Part shown: piece by piece, positions 60,039 through 64,000 of the stretch
Layout of the letters: each line of letters starts with the position of its first letter
Numbering within the stretch: position 1 is the first letter of the stretch
Origin: an uncultured Candidatus Binatia bacterium
Lineage (GTDB): Bacteria > Desulfobacterota > Binatia > Bin18
Reading direction: 5' to 3'
Length of the DNA: 64,000 bases
Assembly: GCA_965232605.1 (NCBI GenBank)
Contig: CBDDQA010000006.1
Coordinates: 510,548 to 574,547 of the forward strand
Notes under the pieces: generated by a model
Told to the model about the DNA's origin: nothing
The model's input: only the letters and a program-made list of their open reading frames with translations
Database searches by the model: none
Translations under genes and position numbers: made by a program

Positions 60039-60179
60039 ATGCCACAACTGGGTAAACGCTATATGTGTGAAGAGTGCGGGGTTGAGGTGCTCTGCAATAA
60101 GCCGGGCGACGGCGCGCTCCACTGCTGCGATAAAGAAATGCCGCTCAAGGAGGCCAAGCCGCTTCCATCGTCTGACTGA
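60039..60179 (+). CDS. desulforedoxin-like small Fe(Cys)4 protein (46 aa; not in ORF track)
   Basis: MPQLGKRYMCEECGVEVLCNKPGDGALHCCDKEMPLKE has CxxCG...CC spacing identical to desulforedoxin. CAGGAGGG ribosome-binding site 7 nt upstream. Followed by a GNRA-loop terminator. Confidence 0.6.
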   Translation: MPQLGKRYMCEECGVEVLCNKPGDGALHCCDKEMPLKEAKPLPSSD

Positions 60180-60210
60180 TACCGGTCTGTTGCCATACAC
60201 ATAACAGTGA

Positions 60211-60240
60211 GGAGCGAGGGAAACCTCGCTCTTTCTTTTT
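60211..60240 (+). terminator. rho-independent terminator (gagcgagg-gaaa-cctcgctc then TTTCTTTTT)
   Basis: Read directly from the sequence. Confidence 0.55.
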
Positions 60241-60253
60241 GGGGCTGGGGTTT

Positions 60254-61801
60254 ATGTCTTTCGCACCCCACACCGCGGACCTGTTGCTCTACGGTGGACA
60301 TGTTCTCAGCTGTGACCCAGACCGGCCTGAAGCCCAGGCCGTTGCTATTGCGGCAGGAAAAATCCTCGCGGTCGGCACCGAGCAGGAACTACGCGCCTGT
60401 GTCTCTCCGAAAACACAGACCCTATCGTGTGCCGGGAAAACGATACTGCCGGGCTTTATCGACCCTCACTTGCATCTCTTTGCCTGGGCGAGTCGCTCCT
60501 GCGGCGCAGACCTGGGTACAGCCCGGTCAATTGCTGAAATCCAGTCTCAACTCCAGGCACGCCTGGACGCTCTCGGCTCGCAAGACTGGCTGCGCGGCTA
60601 TGGCTATGATGAGTTTTTTCTCGACGAGAAACGCCATCCGAATCGACACGACCTCGATGCCATCTCGACCGACCAGCCCATCATCCTGCGTCATCGGACC
60701 GGCCATGCTGCCGTTCTGAATAGCGCCGCGCTCCGGCAAACCGGTATCCATGCCCGGTTTATCCCGCCAAAGGGTGGCAACATCGAACACGACGCAAGCG
60801 GAGAGCCAACGGGCGTGGTCTACGAGCTAGAGTCGTTTCTGCGGACTGCCCTGCCTCCGCTTCCGGCGCGGGAGTTTCAGGCCGGATTGCGACAGGTCAA
60901 CGGCGAACTGCTCAGACACGGAGTCTGTTCGTTTCACGACGCCAGTGCCGGCAATACGCCTGAGGCGCTCGGACGCTTCGCCGCCTTCCGAGCCAACGGC
61001 GTCATACGTCCCCATGCAACCGTGATGGTCGGGGTTGGAGCGTTCTCGCAGGTACAAGAGGCCGGCCTCACCGCCTTTGACCGGTCCGGCCAGGTTCGGC
61101 TGGGCAGTATTAAAATCATGCTGCACGAAAGCGGAGGCGAACTGTATCCGCCGCTGGACGACCTGGCGGAAATGGTCTGGCAGGTGCATCGCCACGGGTT
61201 TCAGGTCGCCATCCACGCCGTTGAAGAAGCTCCTGTCTGCGCGGCCCTCGAAGCGATTCAACGGGCACTGGAGCGACTGCCTCGCCACGATCATCGGCAT
61301 CGAATCGAACACTGCACGCTGTGTCCCCCGCCGTTTCTTGACACCCTGGCCGAGACAGGCTGTGCAGTGGTGGTGCAGCCGGGCTTTCTGCATTTTTATG
61401 GCGACAAATATGCCGCACAAGTTGATACGGATGTACACGCTTGGCTGTACCGGGCCAAAAGCTTTCGGGAGCGCAACATTCCCGTTGTCGGCAGCTCAGA
61501 TTGTCCGATTGCCCCACAGGCCCCATTGGTCGCGATTCAGGCTGCCGTTACCCGCCAGTCCCACACCGGAATGACCCTCAATCCCGCCGAACGCTTGTCG
61601 TGTCTTGAGGCGGTTGGTCTGTTCACCCAAGCCGCAGCCTGGGTCGGGTTTGAGGAAGACCGGACCGGCAGCATCGCCCCCGGCATGCGTGCGGATGTGG
61701 TTATCCTCGACAGCGACCTGACGAGGCTCCCGGCTGAAGCCCTCAGCCGGGTCAACGTCCAGACAACAATCATTGACGGTGAGATTGTCTATTCGGCATA
61801 A
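60254..61801 (+). CDS. amidohydrolase family protein (amidohydrolase-3-like)
   Basis: FIDPHLHL metal-binding motif. Large metal-dependent hydrolase architecture. Confidence 0.7.
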   Translation: MSFAPHTADLLLYGGHVLSCDPDRPEAQAVAIAAGKILAVGTEQELRACVSPKTQTLSCAGKTILPGFIDPHLHLFAWASRSCGADLGTARSIAEIQSQLQARLDALGSQDWLRGYGYDEFFLDEKRHPNRHDLDAISTDQPIILRHRTGHAAVLNSAALRQTGIHARFIPPKGGNIEHDASGEPTGVVYELESFLRTALPPLPAREFQAGLRQVNGELLRHGVCSFHDASAGNTPEALGRFAAFRANGVIRPHATVMVGVGAFSQVQEAGLTAFDRSGQVRLGSIKIMLHESGGELYPPLDDLAEMVWQVHRHGFQVAIHAVEEAPVCAALEAIQRALERLPRHDHRHRIEHCTLCPPPFLDTLAETGCAVVVQPGFLHFYGDKYAAQVDTDVHAWLYRAKSFRERNIPVVGSSDCPIAPQAPLVAIQAAVTRQSHTGMTLNPAERLSCLEAVGLFTQAAAWVGFEEDRTGSIAPGMRADVVILDSDLTRLPAEALSRVNVQTTIIDGEIVYSA

Positions 61802-61853
61802 GGAGTAAACGTGTCCTCCAATACCGCATGAGATGCTGGACACGTTTACTCTT
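61801..61853 (+). promoter_or_regulatory. conserved 16-bp-stem hairpin element, copy B
   Basis: aggagtaaacgtgtcc / 21-nt loop / ggacacgtttactctt. Begins at the stop codon of the amidohydrolase and ends 12 nt before the enoyl-CoA hydratase start. Confidence 0.55.
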
Positions 61854-61865
61854 GAAAGAGCGTGT

Positions 61866-62585
61866 ATGCCTTCCCCCGCTGTCCTGTACGAAAAAGACGG
61901 CAGTGTCGCCGTTGTCAGCCTCAACCGGCCTGACATGCTCAACGCCTATAACGTGGCAATGCGGGACGATTTGCACGAAATTCTTCGGGCCGTCCGGGAC
62001 GACCCTGAGGTCCGGGTCATGATCTTGCGCGGAGAAGGCCCGGCCTTTTCTACCGGCGGAGATGTTTCAGAGTTCGGTTCAGCGCCCTCTCCGCTGCGGG
62101 CGCGTGAGGTGCGCTGGCAACGGGATAACTGGGGGCTGCTGTTGCGCCTGCCTCAGCCGACCATTGCGGCGGTCCACGGCTATACCGTCGGCGGCGGGAT
62201 GGAAATGGCGCTGCTGTGTGATTTGTGCATTGCCGCGGACGATACGGTCTTTTTTCTACCGGAAACCGGCCTGGGTATGATCCCTGGGGTAGGCGGGACG
62301 CAGACTGCACCCCGAGCCATCGGGCTGGGCCGCGCCCTTGATATGGTCCTCACCGGAAAGCGTCTGAGTGCCGACCAGGCCCTCCAGATTGGCCTGGTAA
62401 ATCGGGTGGTTTCCCTGGCTACCCTCTTGACTGAGGCCAAATCTCTGGCATACACACTGTCCCGTTATAATCCAACAGTCGTTGCCCTGGCAAAACGGGC
62501 CGTCCGACAGGGCGCTGACCTGAATTTATCCGATGGCTTACGACTGGAACAAAATCTATTTGCACTGGTAAAGGAGCAGGCATGA
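61866..62585 (+). CDS. enoyl-CoA hydratase/isomerase family protein
   Basis: VVSLNRPDMLNAY...AAVHGYTVGGGMEMAL. Confidence 0.75.
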   Translation: MPSPAVLYEKDGSVAVVSLNRPDMLNAYNVAMRDDLHEILRAVRDDPEVRVMILRGEGPAFSTGGDVSEFGSAPSPLRAREVRWQRDNWGLLLRLPQPTIAAVHGYTVGGGMEMALLCDLCIAADDTVFFLPETGLGMIPGVGGTQTAPRAIGLGRALDMVLTGKRLSADQALQIGLVNRVVSLATLLTEAKSLAYTLSRYNPTVVALAKRAVRQGADLNLSDGLRLEQNLFALVKEQA

Positions 62586-64000
62586 ATACGTCACAGTTTA
62601 TCGGTATTCCGGGCATGATGTTTCCGGACCAGGAAATCCTGGCTTTCGAAGGGAATCGGTTGACCTATGGAACGCTGCTGGAGCGGGTCAAACGGCTGGC
62701 CAGCAGTTTGCGCGCCCAGGGGATTCAGGCCGGTGACCGCGTGGCGATCTTACAGACAAACTGCAATGAGTACATCGAGACCTATTATGCCACGGCAACC
62801 CTGGGCGCGACTTTTGTACCGCTGAACTATCGGGCCAAGCCCCCTGAACTGGAATATATGATTACCGCGGCGGAGAGCAAAATTCTGTTTGTGGGTGATC
62901 GTTATATCGACTTGATCAATGACCTCAAACCCAATCTCGGCTGCGTGGAGAAGTATGTCACGATCGAAGCGCGGCGTGACGATATGCTGCACTACGACGA
63001 CTTTATTGAGCAGGGTTCGCCCGACATCGAAGAGGCCGAGGTGGATGAGGGCGACCTGTCCATCCTGATGTATACCAGTGGCACGACGTCTTTGCCCAAG
63101 GGTGTGATGCTGACCTACGGCGGGTTCACCAACTATGTCATCGGTACCGTCGAGATGGCGGACGGGACCCCACGTGGCACTTCGTTGCTGTGCGCGCCGC
63201 TCTACCATATTGCCGGCACGATGAACATCATGACCGCGCTGTGGAACGGCCGGAAGATCGCCATCCTGCGTCAGTTCGATACCCAGGAGTGGTTGGAGGC
63301 CGTTCAGAACGAGCAGGTGACGCACGCCTTTGTCGTGCCCACGATGCTGAAACAACTCATCGATCATCCCGAATTCTCGAACTACGACATGTCGAGTTTG
63401 CAGAACGTCTCCTATGGCGGCGCGCCCATGGCCTTCCCCGTCATTCGTAAAGCGATTGATATGTTCCCGGATTCGACCGGTTTTGTGAACGCCTTTGGCC
63501 AGACCGAAACCAACTCGACCCTGACCGTCCTCGGACCGGACGACCATAAGCTGAACGGCACGCCGGAAGAGGTTGAGCGCAATCTGAAGCGTCTGACCTC
63601 GGTCGGCAAACCCCTGCCGGATGTGGAAGTCCAGGTCCTTGATGACGATAATAAAGAGATGCCGGCCAATGAGATCGGCGAGGTGGTCATTCGCACCCCG
63701 CGGGTGATGAAGGGCTACGCCAATCAGGAAAGCGCGACCGCCGCCCTGCTGGATGAAAACGGCTGGCTGCATACCCGCGACATGGGCTATATCGACGAAG
63801 ATGGCTATGTCTATCTGGTTGGCCGCAAGGACGACATCATCATTCGTGGCGGTGAAAACATTGCACCGGCTGAAATCGAAGCGGTCCTGCACGCCCATCC
63901 GGCAGTCGATGAAGCGGCCATTATCGGTGTGCCTGACGTCGATTGGGGACAAAAGATCGTAGCCTTTGTCGCCCTCAAGCCGGGCCAGACCGCCACCGCG
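62582..64000 (+). CDS. AMP-dependent acyl-CoA synthetase/ligase (3' end beyond window)
   Basis: Read from the DNA: MNTSQFIGIPGMMFPDQ...MYTSGTTSLPKGV AMP-binding motif. The frame is open to the window end. Confidence 0.8.
   Translation, partial: MNTSQFIGIPGMMFPDQEILAFEGNRLTYGTLLERVKRLASSLRAQGIQAGDRVAILQTNCNEYIETYYATATLGATFVPLNYRAKPPELEYMITAAESKILFVGDRYIDLINDLKPNLGCVEKYVTIEARRDDMLHYDDFIEQGSPDIEEAEVDEGDLSILMYTSGTTSLPKGVMLTYGGFTNYVIGTVEMADGTPRGTSLLCAPLYHIAGTMNIMTALWNGRKIAILRQFDTQEWLEAVQNEQVTHAFVVPTMLKQLIDHPEFSNYDMSSLQNVSYGGAPMAFPVIRKAIDMFPDSTGFVNAFGQTETNSTLTVLGPDDHKLNGTPEEVERNLKRLTSVGKPLPDVEVQVLDDDNKEMPANEIGEVVIRTPRVMKGYANQESATAALLDENGWLHTRDMGYIDEDGYVYLVGRKDDIIIRGGENIAPAEIEAVLHAHPAVDEAAIIGVPDVDWGQKIVAFVALKPGQTATA

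Noticed and set aside
62750-63952. 400-aa minus-strand ORF
   Set aside because: Antisense to the acyl-CoA synthetase gene, whose plus frame contains the AMP-binding motif YTSGTTSLPKGV.

Overview
This is a high-GC (~63-65%) bacterial chromosomal segment with about 65 protein genes and no rRNA, tRNA or CRISPR that I could see. Several F420/LLM-class oxidoreductase paralogs hint at an Actinobacteria- or Chloroflexi-like host, but that is inference only.

Housekeeping genes are present: pyrF (5' partial), eno, ftsB, infA, upp, pdxJ, ilvE, pepF, an ABC-F ATPase, and MFS/APC transporters. Two catabolic clusters sit among them. One is a hydantoinase/oxoprolinase-family HyuA plus two HyuB paralogs (one C-terminally truncated), with amidases, amidohydrolases, VOC dioxygenase-like genes and a PrpF-like isomerase. 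The other groups a flavin reductase, a Rieske ferredoxin, a Leu/Phe/Val-dehydrogenase, a GcvT-like gene, a desulforedoxin-like small ORF, an amidohydrolase, an enoyl-CoA hydratase and an acyl-CoA ligase.

Several clearly lower-GC (~45-52%) accessory insertions stand out. There are two complete Type II restriction-modification systems. There is a DUF4258-DUF2283 pair next to a higBA toxin-antitoxin pair. A 1.5-kb double vapBC cassette is inserted into the 3' end of pdxJ and is flanked by a diverged ~62-bp duplication of that 3' end. A standalone low-GC SF2/DEAH helicase with an uncharacterised ~170-aa N-terminal domain sits next to a ~130-bp palindromic element; this is the most system-like candidate in the window, plausibly a single-gene defence module.

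The non-coding highlights are as follows. A ~110-bp repeat family has two copies, both abutting DUF2283 genes, and shows a compensatory stem change between copies. A ~55-bp conserved element forming a 16-bp-stem hairpin occurs twice, each time starting at the stop codon of one gene and ending ~10 nt before the start of a Leu-dehydrogenase or enoyl-CoA-hydratase gene. An AKKAP-repeat histone-H1-like gene is built from perfect 15-bp tandem repeats. A 46-aa desulforedoxin-like ORF is absent from the ORF track.
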